Assembly: GCA_964016885.1 (NCBI GenBank)
Contig: OZ024759.1
Location: 11,718,001 to 11,782,000 of the forward strand
DNA: 64,000 nt
Reading direction: 5' to 3'
From: Eledone cirrhosa
Lineage: Eukaryota
Shown here: piece by piece, positions 1-12,939 of the stretch
Position numbering within the stretch: position 1 is the first letter of the stretch
How the letters are laid out: each line of letters begins with the position of its first letter
Translations under genes and position numbers: made by a program
The notes under the pieces: model-generated
Database searches by the model: none
Told to the model about the DNA's origin: nothing
Seen by the model: the letters and a program-made list of their open reading frames with translations, nothing else

Positions 1-79
1 CTGATATAAAGCACTCAACAAATAATTGGAGTAAAAATACGATATTAACAAATGGAAACTATATTTATAAAACCATATT

Positions 80-144
80 TATTTCATTATACATATTTCA
101 AGGACACCAAGTTAAATTATGGTGTGCTTTCATCAGATAAAATA
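80..144 (-). ncRNA. Type I hammerhead ribozyme (family A, mirror copy)
   Basis: Reverse complement of the motif at 278-342. Confidence 0.8.
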
Positions 145-277
145 TAATATAGAGCAGTTTTATAAATAAATATTAACATACCCTTAAAGAATGCAACTAT
201 TTCTGTTGGAAGCTCCCGGTAATGGTTGCATTCTTTAAGGGTATGTCAATATTTATTTATAAAACTGCTCTATATTA

Positions 278-342
278 TATTTTATCTGATGAAAGCACAC
301 CATAATTTAACTTGGTGTCCTTGAAATATGTATAATGAAATA
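278..342 (+). ncRNA. Type I hammerhead ribozyme (family A)
   Basis: tattttat-CTGATGA(286-292)-aagcacacca/taatttaact/tggtgtcctt-GAAA-tatgta-TA-atgaaata. Stems I and II pair, stem III is the near-palindrome ATATGTAT, predicted cleavage after AUA. Confidence 0.85.
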
Positions 343-390
343 AATATGGTTTATAAATATAGTTTCCATTTGTTAATATCGTATATATAT

Positions 391-680
391 ATTGTTATAC
401 TTGGGGAGGGTCATATTTGTGTAATATTGCCAGAATTAATAACAGAACACACTCACTGTTTGGTTGGTTTTCGCTTCTCGCTGTCTTTTATATCTGTAAT
501 CTAGCTTACTCGGTCCTCAATGTTGCCATTGACTGACCGACGGTCACAAATATCACAGATACAATATAGACATAAACACATATATATAGTTTACATAATT
601 TACATAAATCTTTCGTTGCACATCTGCAACATCGTCAGTGGTGTTATATTTTCCTCCTGTTGTGTTGTATGTCTACACCA
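391..680 (-). mobile_element. PLE-like 3' fragment with partial hammerhead core
   Basis: Terminus attgttatacttggggagggtcat matches the ends of the 51923-53137 element. Minus strand 638-611 reads CTGACGA-tgttgca/gatg/tgcaac-GAAA, but stems I/III could not be closed. Confidence 0.5.
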
Positions 681-766
681 TATATATATATATATAAAAT
701 ATATATATATATATATAAAATAAAGTTAAATAAAAGTCAAATGATTAAAATTTAGCTTCGTTTATT

Positions 767-821
767 ACTGCTATATATATTTCAGTGACAGCTATCTTTG
801 GCTGTGACCTCTTCAGGCAGT
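767..821 (-). ncRNA. Type I hammerhead ribozyme
   Basis: Minus strand: actgc-CTGAAGA-ggtcacagc/caaagata/gctgtcact-GAAA-tatata-TA-gcagt. 5-bp stem I, palindromic stem III ATATATAT. Confidence 0.85.
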
Positions 822-1286
822 TTGAATTAGTATGGTATAGACAAGTACATATGTTGTTTAGGTGTATAATATTGTCAATACTCTGATATGCCCAGTTCCT
901 TGTTGGGTTGTTATTTCACTGAGGAACTGGAGCCATATGAATTCAAACAAACGAATTTCAGTGTCAAAGGTCCCCTTCTCCTCTCATTGGTCAGTTATTA
1001 GAACATTCCTCATTCTAAGTGTTGTTATTGTTGGAGTTAACTTAAAAATTGATAAAATGGTAGAGGGGACAAGGTGTTAAAGGAACAAAATAACAAGAAA
1101 AGTGTCAAACTTCCCATTGGTCAGTTCCGAGATATATATATATATATATATACGTGTGTATAATGGTAGCTATGGTGCTTCCATAGGCGGTATGCCAAAA
1201 TTAGCACTCAATATTCATACAGAGCAGAGTGTGAAGAGTATAAAAAAAACGAAAAATCAGGGATGCATCTGGACTCAGTTCATTGC

Positions 1287-1375
1287 GTGTTACAATTGTT
1301 TCGCCGGCAGGTAGCTCGAGACATGGCCCCTGTATGGATCTGGCTGATTCTACGGCTGCAGGTTCCTTCGGACAC
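1287..1375 (-). ncRNA. Degenerate hammerhead-like motif
   Basis: Minus strand: gtgt-CCGAAGG...GAAA-caattg-TA-acac. Stem I and palindromic stem III present, core has two changes, stem II unclear. Confidence 0.35.
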
Positions 1376-1635
1376 GGGTAGTTCGTTCGGAGGTAATTTT
1401 CTCACTGGGGTGTTATCGTCAAAAAAACACCTTAAAAAAACATCTTCCACATATATATATATATATGGAGAGATAGAGTGAGAGAGAGGGGATGTGGAAG
1501 AGATATAGAGGAAGAATCAACCCCAGTACTAGACTGGTACTTTAGATATATATATATATATATATATAATTATTAATAATAATAAATTTCAAGACTAAAA
1601 TCCAAACTTTGCTTAAACTTTAATCTGTTATTTTA

Positions 1636-1713
<78 letters not shown>

Positions 1714-1728
1714 ATATGTATATATATA

Positions 1729-1866
1729 TAACAAAGGAGGTGTGGTAAGGAACCAGTTGGACCAAAACGCACCAGAGTACTCAATACTTAGGGTAGTAGA
1801 GTGGGAAATAGGAAAAAGTATGACCCCGACGGCAGAGCTCAAGCCGTTCCGACGGCTATTTCTGGA
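1729..1866 (-). mobile_element. Family C PLE-like fragment (3' half of hammerhead plus tail)
   Basis: Homologous to 16495-16652, 37256-37462, 41443-41719 and 49990-50075; starts at (TA)n. Confidence 0.65.
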
Positions 1867-2510
1867 GAGATAGAGTGAGAGAGAGGGGATGAGGAAGAGA
1901 TATAGAGGAAGAATCAACCCCACTATTAGACTGGTACTTTTTTTTATCGACCTTGAAGGGATGAAAGGCAAAGTTGACCTTGGTGGGATTTGAACTCAGA
2001 GAGCAGAGAGGTGGAACAGATACCATAAAGTATTCTATCTGATGCTCCAACAACTCTGCCAGGGGTTGGTACTTTGTTTTATTCACAAAGTTGGCTTAAA
2101 AACCATTGATAAATACATAAATATGGAAAATAAAAATAAAAATAAAATTAAGTAATGAGAAAAGGGGAAGGGGTAAAGAAGGGCAGATCTGGCTGTCTGT
2201 GGAAGTAGTGGAAAGGGGCTATAAATGAGAGGAAACGGAGGGGTAAATGAGGACTCTAGGGCCACAGAAAAGGGGAGGGGAACGGTGATGGTCTCTGAGC
2301 CTAGCGCGGGGCAGTGTTTAGATATTTCTAGTGTGGAATTATTTGTTAACTCTAGGAAGAGAAGAGGAAAAAAATTATTAGTGAATAATTTTATTTACTT
2401 AAATATTTTGATTAATAAACAGTAAAAAAAACAAAAAACATTTAAATAATTGAAAAAGGAGGAAGGGAGGGGTTAGACTCTACACCCCTCAGGGGTTAGA
2501 CTCTACACCG

Positions 2511-3270
2511 CCCCAGACAAAGTGGTATATCTCAGTTGTGGTAGAGAGTGACAGATTCTACACCCCAGACAAAGTGGTATGTCTCAGTTGTGGTAGGGAA
2601 TGACAGATTCTACACCCCAGACAAAGTGGTATGTCTCAGTTGTGGTAGGGAGTGACAGATTCTACAGCCCCAGACAAAGTGGTATGTCTCAGCTGTGGTA
2701 GGGAATGACAGATTCTACAGCCCCAGACAAAGTGGTATGTCTCAGCTGTGGTAGATAGTGACATTCTACACCCCAGACAAAGTGGTATGTCTCAGTTGTG
2801 GTAGGGAATGACAGATTCTACAGCTCCAGACAAAGTGGTATGTCTCAGCTGTGGTAGATAGTGACATTCTACACCCCAGACAAAGTGGTATGTCTCAGTT
2901 GTGGTAGGGAGTGACAGATTCTACAGCCCCAGACAAAGTGGTATGTCTCAGTTGTGGTAGGGAGTGACAGATTCTACACCCCAGACAAAGTGGTATGTCT
3001 CAGTTGTGGTAGGGAGTGACAGATTCTACAGCCCCAGACAAAGTGGTATGTCTCAGTTGTGGTAGGGAGTGACAGATTCTACACCCCAGACAAAGTGGTA
3101 TATCTCAGCTGTGGTAGGGAGTGACAGATTCTATACCCCAGACAAAGTGGTATGTCTCAGTTGTGGTAGAGAGTGACAGATTCTACACCCCAGACAAAGT
3201 GGTATGTCTCAGTTGTGGTAGGGAGTGACAGATTCTACACCCCAGACAAAGTGGTATGTCTCAGTTGTGG
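2511..3270. repeat. Minisatellite, ~51-bp unit, ~15 copies
   Basis: Unit ccccagacaaagtggtatgtctcagttgtggtagggagtgacagattctaca. Confidence 0.95.
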
Positions 3271-3621
3271 AGAAATAGCCAGTAACACCCACTAGATCAA
3301 CCACTCTACTTATGGGGTTATTTCCTTGGGGGTAGGATGCATTCTTTTCAACTGTGCAGAGGAAAACTGCAGTCCAGGGGCCAAGGGCAGCCAAGGTCTC
3401 TATGGCAACATAAAAAGAAGGCAGCCAGTCAAGCTCCAGTGTTTTGATATCTAAAAAACAAATTTCATAAATTTGATTTTACCTTTCATCCCTTTGGTGT
3501 TGATAAAGGAAGTACCTGTCCAGTGCTGGTGCTGCCCTCTTCCTGTCCACCCCCCTCTCTCTCCTCCAGCAGTTACATCTCGGGTGTTTTGCTGGATCAA
3601 GGGTGAGAAGGAGAGTCAAGA

Positions 3622-5565
3622 GAGCTTGTGTTTGTATCTGCTCCCATCTACATGGGTACCTTAAACCCCTAAGTAGTAACCTACACAATATCGTGAGGGC
3701 TTGTGTTTGTATCTGCTCCCATCTACATGGGTACCTAAAACCCCTCAGTAGTAACCTACACAATATAGTAAGGGCTTGTGTTTGTATCTGCTCCCATCTA
3801 CATGGGTACCTTAAACCCCTAAGTAGTAACCTACACAATATAGTAAGGGCTTGTGTTTGTATCTGCTCCCATCTACATGGGTACCTTAAACCCCTAAGTA
3901 GTAACCTACACAATATAGTAAGGGCTTGTGTTTGTATCTGCTCCCATCTACATGGGTACCTTAAACCCCTAAGTAGTAACCTACACAATATAGTAAGGGC
4001 TTGTGTTTGTATCTGCTCCCATCTACATGGGTACCTTAAACCCCTAAGTAGTAACCTACACAATATCGTGAGGGCTTGTGTTTGTATCTGCTCCCATCTA
4101 CATGGGTACCTAAAACCCCTCAGTAGTAACCTACACAATATCGTGAGGGCTTGTGTTTGTATCTGCTCCCATCTACAAGGGTACCTAAAACCCCTCAGTA
4201 GTAACCTACACAATATCGTGAGGGCTTGTGTTTGTATCTGCTCCCATCTACAAGGGTACCTAAAACCCCTTAGTAGTAACCTACACAATATCGTGAGGGC
4301 TTGTGTTTGTATCTGCTCCCATCTACAAGGGTACCTAAAACCCCTTAGTAGTAACCTACACAATATCGTGAGGGCTTGTGTTTGTATCTGCTCCCGTCTA
4401 CATGGGTACCTAAAACCCCTCAGTATTACCCTACACAATATCGTGAGGGCTTGTGTTTGTATCTGCTCCCGCCTACATGGGTACCTAAAACCCCTCAGTA
4501 TTACCCTACACAATATCGTGAGGGCTTGTGTTTGTATCTGCTCCCGTCTACATGGGTACCTAAAACCCCTAAGTAGTAACCTACACAATATCGTGTGGGC
4601 TTGTGTTTGTATCTGCTCCCATCTACATGGGTACCTAAAACCCCTTAGTATTAACCTACACAATATCATGAGGGCTTGTGTTTGTATCTGCTCCCATCTA
4701 CATGGGTACCTAAAACCCCTCAGTAGTAACCTACACAATATCGTGAGGGCTTGTGTTTGTATCTGCTCCCGTCTACATGGGTACCTAAAACCCCTAAGTA
4801 GTAACCTACACAATATCGTGAGGGCTTGTGTTTGTATCTGCTCCCGTCTACATGGGTACCTAAAACCCCTAAGTAGTAACCTACACAATATCGTGAGGGC
4901 TTGTGTTTGTATCTGCTCCCGTCTACATGGGTACCTAAAACCCCTCAGTAGTAACCTACACAATATAGTGAGGGCTTGTGTTTGTATCTGCTCCCATCTA
5001 CATGGGTACCTAAAACCCCTAAGTAGTAACCTACACAATATCGTGAGGGCTTGTGTTTGTATCTGCTCCCATCTACAAGGGTACCTAAAACCCCTCAGTA
5101 GTAACCTACACAATATCGTGAGGGCTTGTGTTTGTATCTGCTCCCATCTACAAGGGTACCTAAAACCCCTCAGTAGTAACCTACACAATATCGTGAGGGC
5201 TTGTGTTTGTATCTGCTCCCATCTACATGGGTACCTAAAACCCCTCAGTGATAACCTACACAATATCGTGAGGGCTTGTGTTTGTATCTGCTCCCATCTA
5301 CAAGGGTACCTAAAACCCCTCAGTAGTAACCTACACAATATCGTGAGGGCTTGTGTTTGTATCTGCTCCCGTCTACATGGGTACCTAAAACCCCTAAGTA
5401 GTAACCTACACAATATCGTGAGGGCTTGTGTTTGTATCTGCTCCCGTCTACATGGGTACCTAAAACCCCTCAGTTATAACCTACACAATATCGTGAGGGC
5501 TTGTGTTTGTATCTGCTCCCATCTACATGGGTACCTTTAAACCCCTCAGTGATAACCTACACAGT
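3622..5565. repeat. Minisatellite, 75-bp unit, ~26 copies
   Basis: Unit gggcttgtgtttgtatctgctcccatctacatgggtacctaaaacccctcagtagtaacctacacaatatcgtga; produces the spurious 644/645-aa ORFs. Confidence 0.95.
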
Positions 5566-5616
5566 ATACACTACCAAGTCATACTCGATTATAAATGAGA
5601 TCAGTGGTTGTAACAA

Positions 5617-5652
<36 letters not shown>

Positions 5653-5966
5653 CATCAGCCTCTGATGTCTTTTGGAACAATATGTTATAATTGCCCTTTT
5701 GATTCCTGGCCAAGCGTATTTTCCTCTTGAAACAAACTGTTTCTTTTTTTTTTTCTTGACACCAATAAATTACTCTTAAAAAAAAAAAAAAGAGAAGAAT
5801 GTCAAAACAGGATTTTATTCTATTTCTTGTCTTCTCACTTTAATCTTTGTAGCAAAACATTTCTTCTCATCAATTATTTCATTTTATTATTATTTGTTTC
5901 GTTCTGTTCGTGATTGTCAAAATCTTAAGAATTTCCCCTCGTTAATATATTTAGATTTTTATTTAC

Positions 5967-6001
<35 letters not shown>

Positions 6002-6413
6002 CAATAATAACAATAATAAAAAAAAGAACAGGAAGAGGAGAGGATGGCAAGAACTCTAGTGTCACAGAAGAGAGAGGGGCGAGTGAAGGGCGAGGGTGAT
6101 TGGGCCTAGGGCAAGGGGGCAGAAGTGCTGCGCCCCACAGACAAGACGGTAAATGTATTCCTGCGGACAATGGCCAGTGACACTCGCTGCAACAGTTACC
6201 CAGGGCTCCTTCCTCAGAGGGACCGCCGACTTTGTGGAGGAACTCAGCTGTACGAGGTCCAAGAATACCTGAGGTGTCGACAGTGACCCCTTCACTACCT
6301 TGAGAATCCCTTCCCGTTTGTTAAATACTCTGAAGACCTCACAACATCTTCTAAAATATCTTCGGGATAAAATGTAGTTTGGTCTTTTCTTTTTAATTAG
6401 AAATAAGGAATTT

Positions 6414-7072
6414 TAGTGGAGTGGGGGTGTGGTGGCGTAGGGTGGGGTGGGGTGGCGTAGAGGAGAGTGTGGTGGCGTAGGAGAGGGTGTGGTGGTGTAG
6501 GGTCGAGTGTGGTGGAGTAGGGGAGAGTGTGGTGGCGTAGGAGAGGGTGTGGTGGTGTAGGGTGGGGTGGGGTGGCGTAGGAGAGGGTGTGGTGGTGTAG
6601 GGTCGAGTGTGGTGGAGTAGGGGAGAGTGTGGTGGCGTAGGGTGGGGTGAGGTGGCGTAGGGGAGAGTGTGGTGGCGTAGGAGAGGGTGTGGTGGTGTAG
6701 GGTGGAGTGTGGTGGAGTAGGGGTGCAGTGGTGTGGGAGGAGTGTGGTGGAGTAGGGTTTGGTGTGAGGGAGTAGGGTGGGGTGTAGGGGAATAGGAGAG
6801 TGTAGGGTGGAGTGTGGTGGAGTAGGGTTTGGTGTGAGGGAGTAGGGTGGGGTGTAGGGGAATAGGAGAGTGTAGGGTGGAGTGTGGTGGAGTAGGGTTT
6901 GGTGTGAGGGAGTAGGGTGGGGTGTAGGGGAATAGGAGAGAGTAGGGTTTGGTGTGGGGGAGTAGGGTGGGGTGTAGGGGAATAGGAGAGAGTAGGGTTT
7001 GATGTGGGGGAGTAGGGTTTGGTGTGAGGGAGTAGGGTGGGGTGTAAGGGGAATAGGAGAGAGTAGGGGGAG
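6414..7072 (+). repeat. G-rich degenerate minisatellite
   Basis: Interleaved gtggtggcgtagg / gtagggtggggtgtagggg units with extreme G skew. Confidence 0.85.
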
Positions 7073-7091
7073 TGTCGTGGATCCAGGTAGG

Positions 7092-8175
7092 CCACTACTT
7101 CTCTGAATAAAGAGATCACAGCTCTGATACTATGGCCATGAGGTTAGAATGTCTCAGGAAAGAATGGCTGGGCAGATTTTACGGGCAAAACCAACTGGCA
7201 GGAGACCCAGGGGTAGACACCAACTGGCAGGAGACCCAGGGGTAGACACCAACTGGCAGGAGACCCAGGGGTAGACACCAACTGGCAGGAGACCCAGGGG
7301 TAGACACCAACTGGCAGGAGACCCAGGGGTAGACACCAACTGGCAGGAGACCCAGGGGTAGACACCAACTGGTAGGAGACCCAGGGGTAGACACCAACTG
7401 GCAGGAGACCCAGGGGTAGACACCAACTGGCAGGAGACCCAGGGGTAGACACCAACTGGCAGGAGACCCAGGGGTAGACACCAACTGGCAGGAGACCCAG
7501 GGGTAGACACCAACTGGCAGGAGACCCAGGGGTAGACACCAACTGGCAGGAGACCCAGGGGTAGACACCAACTGGCAGGAGACCCAGGGGTAGACACCAA
7601 CTGGCAGGAGACCCAGGGGTAGACACCAACTGGCAGGAGACCCAGGGGTAGACACCAACTGGCAGGAGACCCAGGGGTAGACACCAACTGGCAGGAGACC
7701 CAGGGGTAGACACCAACTGGCAGGAGACCCAGGGGTAGACACCAACTGGCAGGAGACCCAGGGGTAGACACCAACTGGTAGGAGACCCAGGGGTAGACAC
7801 CAACTGGCAGGAGACCCAGGGGTAGACACCAACTGGCAGGAGACCCAGGGGTAGACACCAACTGGCAGGAGACCCAGGGGTAGACACCAACTGGCAGGAG
7901 ACCCAGGGGTAGACACCAACTGGCAGGAGACCCAGGGGTAGACACCAACTGGCAGGAGACCCAGGGGTAGACACCAACTGGTAGGAGACCCAGGGGTAGA
8001 CACCAACTGGCAGGAGACCCAGGGGTAGACCCCGAGCAAGATGGTTGGATAACATCCATGAGCTTGGCTGGTCTTGTTTAGGGATCCAGCCGGGTAAGTT
8101 GGAGATGGTTGCTTCTGACAGGACCCACTGGAAGGAGTGTTTGAGGACTCTGCCCCCGCGACCCTCTCAGGAATA
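7092..8175 (+). mobile_element. RTE-clade (Expander/Rex3-like) LINE 3' ORF remnant split by a minisatellite
   Basis: Translates PLLL*IKRSQL*YYGHEVRMSQERMAGQILRAKPTGRRPRGR, then after the array RGRPRARWLDNIHELGWSCLGIQPGKLEMVASDRTHWKECLRTLPPRP, resembling RTE ORF C-termini. Both stops are TGA where Arg (CGA) is expected. Confidence 0.85.
7190..8030 (+). repeat. Minisatellite, 29-bp unit x29
   Basis: Unit accaactggcaggagacccaggggtagac; 841 bp = 29 copies, nearly invariant. Confidence 0.95.
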
Positions 8176-8212
8176 TGTGGGCAAAGAAGGGAGGAGGGCT
8201 GCCACGTTAATA

Positions 8213-8368
8213 ACTGTTTCTACTTTAGGCACAAGGCCAGCAATTATCCCAGTGCATTACTGGTACTTTATTTTATCGACCCCCGTAAGGATGAAAGGCA
8301 AAGTTAACCTCGGTGGGATTTGAACTCAGAACATAAAGGGCCGTAACTCTATACTGCCAATCCACATT
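8213..8368 (-). mobile_element. SINE family 2 (tRNA-derived, Nin/Deu-like domain), partial
   Basis: Minus strand has B box gagttcaaatccc, then ctttgcctttcatccttacggggg.tcgataaaataaagtacc and 3' end ggccttgtgcctaaagtagaaac. Confidence 0.8.
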
Positions 8369-8404
8369 AATAATATATTTGAAATTAATGAATGCATAAA
8401 GCAA

Positions 8405-8813
8405 GCAGTGGTAGTGGTAGTGGTAGTAGTATGGTAGTGGTAGTAGTAGTAGTATTGTAGTGGTGGTGGTGGTGGTAGTAGCAGCAGCAGTAGTAACAGT
8501 AGTAGTAGTAGTAACAATAGTAGTGGTAGTAGTAGTAGTAACAATAGTAGTAGTAGTAGTAGTAGTAGTAACAATAGTAGTAGTAGCAGTAGCAGCAGTA
8601 GTAGTAGTAGTACCAACAGTAGTAGTAGTAGCAGCAGATACCAATCCCTCCCTGCCCACCCAACAGTAGTAGCAGTAGTAGTAGTAGTAGTAACAATAGT
8701 AGTAGTAGTAGTAACAATAGTAGCAGTAGTAGTAGTAGTACCAACAGTAGTAGTAGTAGCAGCAGATACCAATCCATCCCTGCCCACCCAACAGTAGTAG
8801 CAGTAGTAGTAGC

Positions 8814-8865
<52 letters not shown>

Positions 8866-8940
8866 ACAATAGTAGTAGTAGTAGTAGTAGTAGTAGTAAC
8901 AATAGTAGCAGATACCAATCCCTCCCTGCCCACCCAACAC
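8405..8940. repeat. Compound (TAG)n microsatellite with three copies of a ~33-bp spacer
   Basis: (AGT)n/(GCA)/(ACA) runs interrupted by agcagataccaatccctccctgcccacccaaca near 8632, 8761 and 8907. Confidence 0.9.
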
Positions 8941-9416
8941 TATCCACCATTCTTGGCACTGGTGATTGTAAAAGAAATTCTTTGTTTTTGTTTGTTTGTT
9001 TCTTCTATTGTTCTCAAAGAGAGAAGTGAACATCATTTAGAAATAAGTAATGACCTTTTCAATAAAGTAGACTTCTTCCACACTCACTAAATAGAAGAAC
9101 ATAAGATATTTTTGTCTCTTTCAAAATGTCCGCCGCAGACATTTGTATCACATTTAAGTCACAGACATTACCAATCACATGATTTGTCAACTTATCTCAT
9201 AAATGTTAGACTTGTTGAAAATCTTTTTCAACAGGTGGCTATGAATTATTTGCTAGAGGCAATTGAAATTATCCTCCAAACTGAATTTGGTGCAAGTTAG
9301 TTTTGCTTCTCCATTGTTAGATGTTGGCATCCATCTTTTGTTTTTCATTTTTTTTTTTTTTTCCAGCTTAGGTTGATCTCCCAAGCTCGAAACGAACAAA
9401 GTTGTAGTGTATTATA

Positions 9417-10080
9417 TTAACCCTTTCATTGCCATATTTCTAATGAAAGACAATGTCTATGTCATTAACCCTTTCATTACCATATTTCTAATGAAAGACA
9501 CTACCTATGTCTTTAACCCTTTCATTACCATACTTCTAATGAAAGACACTGTCTATGACATTAACCCTTTCATTACCATATTTCTAATGAAAGACACTGT
9601 CTATGTCTTTAACCCTTTCATTACCATATTTCTAATGAAAGACACTACCTATGTCTTTAACCCTTTCATTACCATATTTTTAATGAAAGACACTACCTAT
9701 GTCTTTAACCCTTTCATTACCATATTTCTAATGAAGGACACTGTCTATGTCATTAACCCTTTCATTACCATATTTCTAATGAAAGACACTGTCTATGTCA
9801 TTAACCCTTCCATTACCATATTTCTAATGAAAGACACTGTCTATGTCTTTAACCCTTTCATTACCATATTTCTAATGAAATACACTGTCTATGTCATTAA
9901 CCCTTTCATTACCATATTTCTAATGAAAGACACTACCTATGTCTTTAACCCTTTCATTGCCATATTTCTAATGAAAGACACTGTCTATGTCATTAACCCT
10001 TCCATTACCATATTTCTAATGAAAGACACTGTCTATGTCATTAACCCTTTCATTACCATATTTCTAATAAAAGACACAGC
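9417..10080. repeat. Minisatellite, 48-bp unit, ~14 copies, built from a TTAA-CCCTTT MITE-like end
   Basis: Unit ttaaccctttcattaccatatttctaatgaaagacactgtctatgtca. Confidence 0.9.
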
Positions 10081-10284
10081 CTAGAATTTCCAAATAATTT
10101 TGAAAATATTAAAAATTTGGAGGGATTTAGTAATATAACAAGTTTTCTCATAATTAGATTGGTGTTCGGAACATAACTTAAAGATTCTTACATAAAATAC
10201 TTCCAAATAAGCAGTTTTCTATTGTAGATGCAGGGCAGTTGCAGCTGGTTTAGTATTAAAAGGATTAAACTAAAATCTTTCGAC

Positions 10285-11910
10285 ATTATGTGAGGTAAAG
10301 CCTTTACTGTGAAAATACAATAGTATATATAGAGTAATGTAAATGTTATGTGAGATATTATGTGAGGTAAAGCCTTTACTGTGAAAATATAATAGTATAT
10401 ATAGAGTAATGTAAATGTTATGTGAGATATTATGTGAGGTAAAGCCTTTACTGTGAAAATACAATAGTATATATAGAGTAATGTAAATGTTATGTGAGAT
10501 ATTATGTGAGGTAAAGCCTTTACTGTGACAATACAATAGTATATATAGAGTAATGTAAATGTTATGTGAGGTAAAGCCTTTACTGTGACAATACAATCTA
10601 TATATATAAAACTGTGGTTGTCTGTCTGTCTATCGATTTTTGGCACACATCTCCTCTTAGAATCTCTCACGGAATTGCACCGAAATTGCTATACTTGTAC
10701 ATTGAGCCCTAGCGAAGACATCGGAAAAAAAAAAATTTTAAATTGACCCACCCTATGTGACGAAATCGAATATAATGTATCGATTTTTGAGCGTAAGTTA
10801 TCAGTTATTTCCCTTTGTTCTGTTTACATTGAGCGTCTTACGTAAAAAATTACGCTGGCTTTCTCAGCGTTTAAAATGACATTAACACATTCATCAGTTC
10901 GAACACTAAGCTTCCGTTTTGCTTCATTTCCATTTAAAAGCATTTTAAAACAATATTTTTACTTGAAAACAAGTCTATTTAAAGACTACGTAAAACAAGC
11001 AAATATTTCGTCGTTAGGCGTGCAGAGAGATGATATACGCGTGCAGACAGTCGTGCAGAGAGGTGATATAGGCGTGCAGACAGACAGTCGTGCAGAGAGG
11101 TGATATAGGCGTGCAGACAGACAGTCGTGCAGAGAGGTGATATAGGCGTGCAGACAGACATAACTGATAATTTGGTTACGGTAATGTTTTTCTCTGCGTT
11201 GCAGTGTTTACATTTTCGATCTTTGTTAATAAATAACCAGTGCAGTTTCTATCCCCAGCATCCTCTTTTGTTATAACATTCGGGTTATCGTTATGTTTTC
11301 TTAACTTTATAAGGCATATTGTTGGTTGAGGGAATATTAATCAAAAACACCACATGCAAGTCTGCACAGTAGACACTACAGTTTTTAAGCCAAGAAAGAA
11401 ACTTAACATTGTAACTTTAACACAGCTACTGAGCGACCCCGAGCAACGCCGGGCTTTACTGCTAGTAGTATATATAAAGTAATGTAAATGTTATGTGAGG
11501 TAAAGCCTTTCCTGTGACAATACAATAGTATATATAGAGTAATGTAAATGTTATGTGAGATATTATGTGAGGTAAAGCCTTTACTGTGACAATACAATAG
11601 TATATATAGAGTAATGTAAATGTTATGCGAGATATTATGTGAGGTAAAGCCTTTACTGTGAAAATACAATAGTATATATAGAGTAATGTAAATGTTATGT
11701 GAGATATTATGTGAGGTAAAGCCTTTACTGTGACAATATAATAGTATATATAGAGTAATGTAAATGTTATGTGAGATATTATGTGAGGTAAAGCCATTAA
11801 GGTGACAATACAATAGTATATATAGAGTAATGTGAGATATTATGTGAGGTAAAGCCTTTACTGTGAAAATACAATAGTATATATTGAGTAATGTAAATAC
11901 TAAAGGGTTT
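10285..11910. repeat. 60/72-bp minisatellite interrupted by a Helitron
   Basis: Unit tgtgaggtaaagcctttactgtgaaaatacaatagtatatatagagtaatgtaaatgtta, with or without a 12-bp extension; ends taaagggttt. Same family as 20030-20546 and 48270-48856. Confidence 0.9.
10597..11465 (+). mobile_element. Non-autonomous Helitron
   Basis: Starts TCTATATATATAAAACTG, ends CTAG, has a subterminal hairpin cccgagcaacgccggg (11438-11453). Inserted between A and T with no TSD; removal restores the repeat unit tacaa|tagtatata. Internal ~37-bp repeats at 11017-11160. Confidence 0.88.
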
Positions 11911-12274
11911 ACAGATTCTTTTATGTTGAGGGTAAAAACTACATGAAATTGTCTGTTAATTATTGAATCGAATATGAAAGGCTGACAAAGTCTTGATAGG
12001 ACACAATTTCTCTCCCAGAAGTAATTCTTCCTACTTAGCTTTACAATACAGGACAACTGTTTAATTACACTGAATGTTAAATAATTACGTATAGACATAC
12101 ACATATATATAATAATTACATATAGACATACACACATATATACGTACATACGCACATTTGTATATATATGTTTCTCTCTCTATGTATGTATATATATATA
12201 TAAATTAACAAAAACAATGAATAAAAAAACAAAGAAACAGTTCCTTATATTAAAAAATTCATCATTTAGATATA

Positions 12275-12336
<62 letters not shown>

Positions 12337-12450
12337 TGTATATATATATATATATAAATATATATATACAAATGTTTGCAAATAAATATGTATATATATG
12401 TGTGTGTGTGTGTATATATATGCATATGTGTGTATATATATATATGTATA

Positions 12451-12490
<40 letters not shown>

Positions 12491-12552
12491 TTGTTGATTA
12501 GGTTATACATATATATACACATATATTAGGTTATATATATATATATATATAT

Positions 12553-12603
<51 letters not shown>

Positions 12604-12939
12604 CAAATATTTGCTAATATATAAGAGGTTAGCTCCAACAGTGTCAACTTGGTTATCTGTCTGTAATATAGCTGTTTATAGTGTAATTTTATGTGAGAAA
12701 GTCATTAGTGAAATAGTTGTTTTGTGTTATAAACTGGGTTAAATACCAACTCTACTATTATTCTGCAAATGGATTCCATAATTATCATTTCACAAAAATA
12801 ACCTACATTTTTTCTCTCCTAAGTAGAACAATTATTTGAAACATTTTAAACAGGGAGAAACCAAAGAAAATGCCATTTATATTTTACATTAAGTGGAGTC
12901 ATTACTCTGGTCTGAATATGGTAATCTCTTTCGTGCTGA

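Larger units (their letters stand above)
1..383. mobile_element. Foldback element, hammerhead family A (PLE pLTR-like), left end cut by window edge
   Basis: 38-~200 is the near-perfect reverse complement of ~222-383. The right arm ends in (TA)n and the left arm continues with a tail containing gcactcaaca. Homologous to 25810-26145. Confidence 0.8.

Noticed and set aside
3479-5540. 644/645-aa Cys/His-rich ORFs on both strands
   Set aside because: Translation of a 75-bp tandem repeat (multiple of 3). No real zinc-finger spacing, no unique termini, and a third frame has stops.
7144-8059. Three overlapping ~300-aa minus-strand ORFs
   Set aside because: Antisense of the 29-bp array; the meaningful frame is the decayed RTE on +.
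9235-9295. Possible + exon VAMNYLLEAIEIILQTEFGA (also AG-led segments at ~18191 and ~29635, and a minus candidate at ~10192-10244)
   Set aside because: Splice-like signals but no recognisable protein family and no consistent phase chain; too weak to call.
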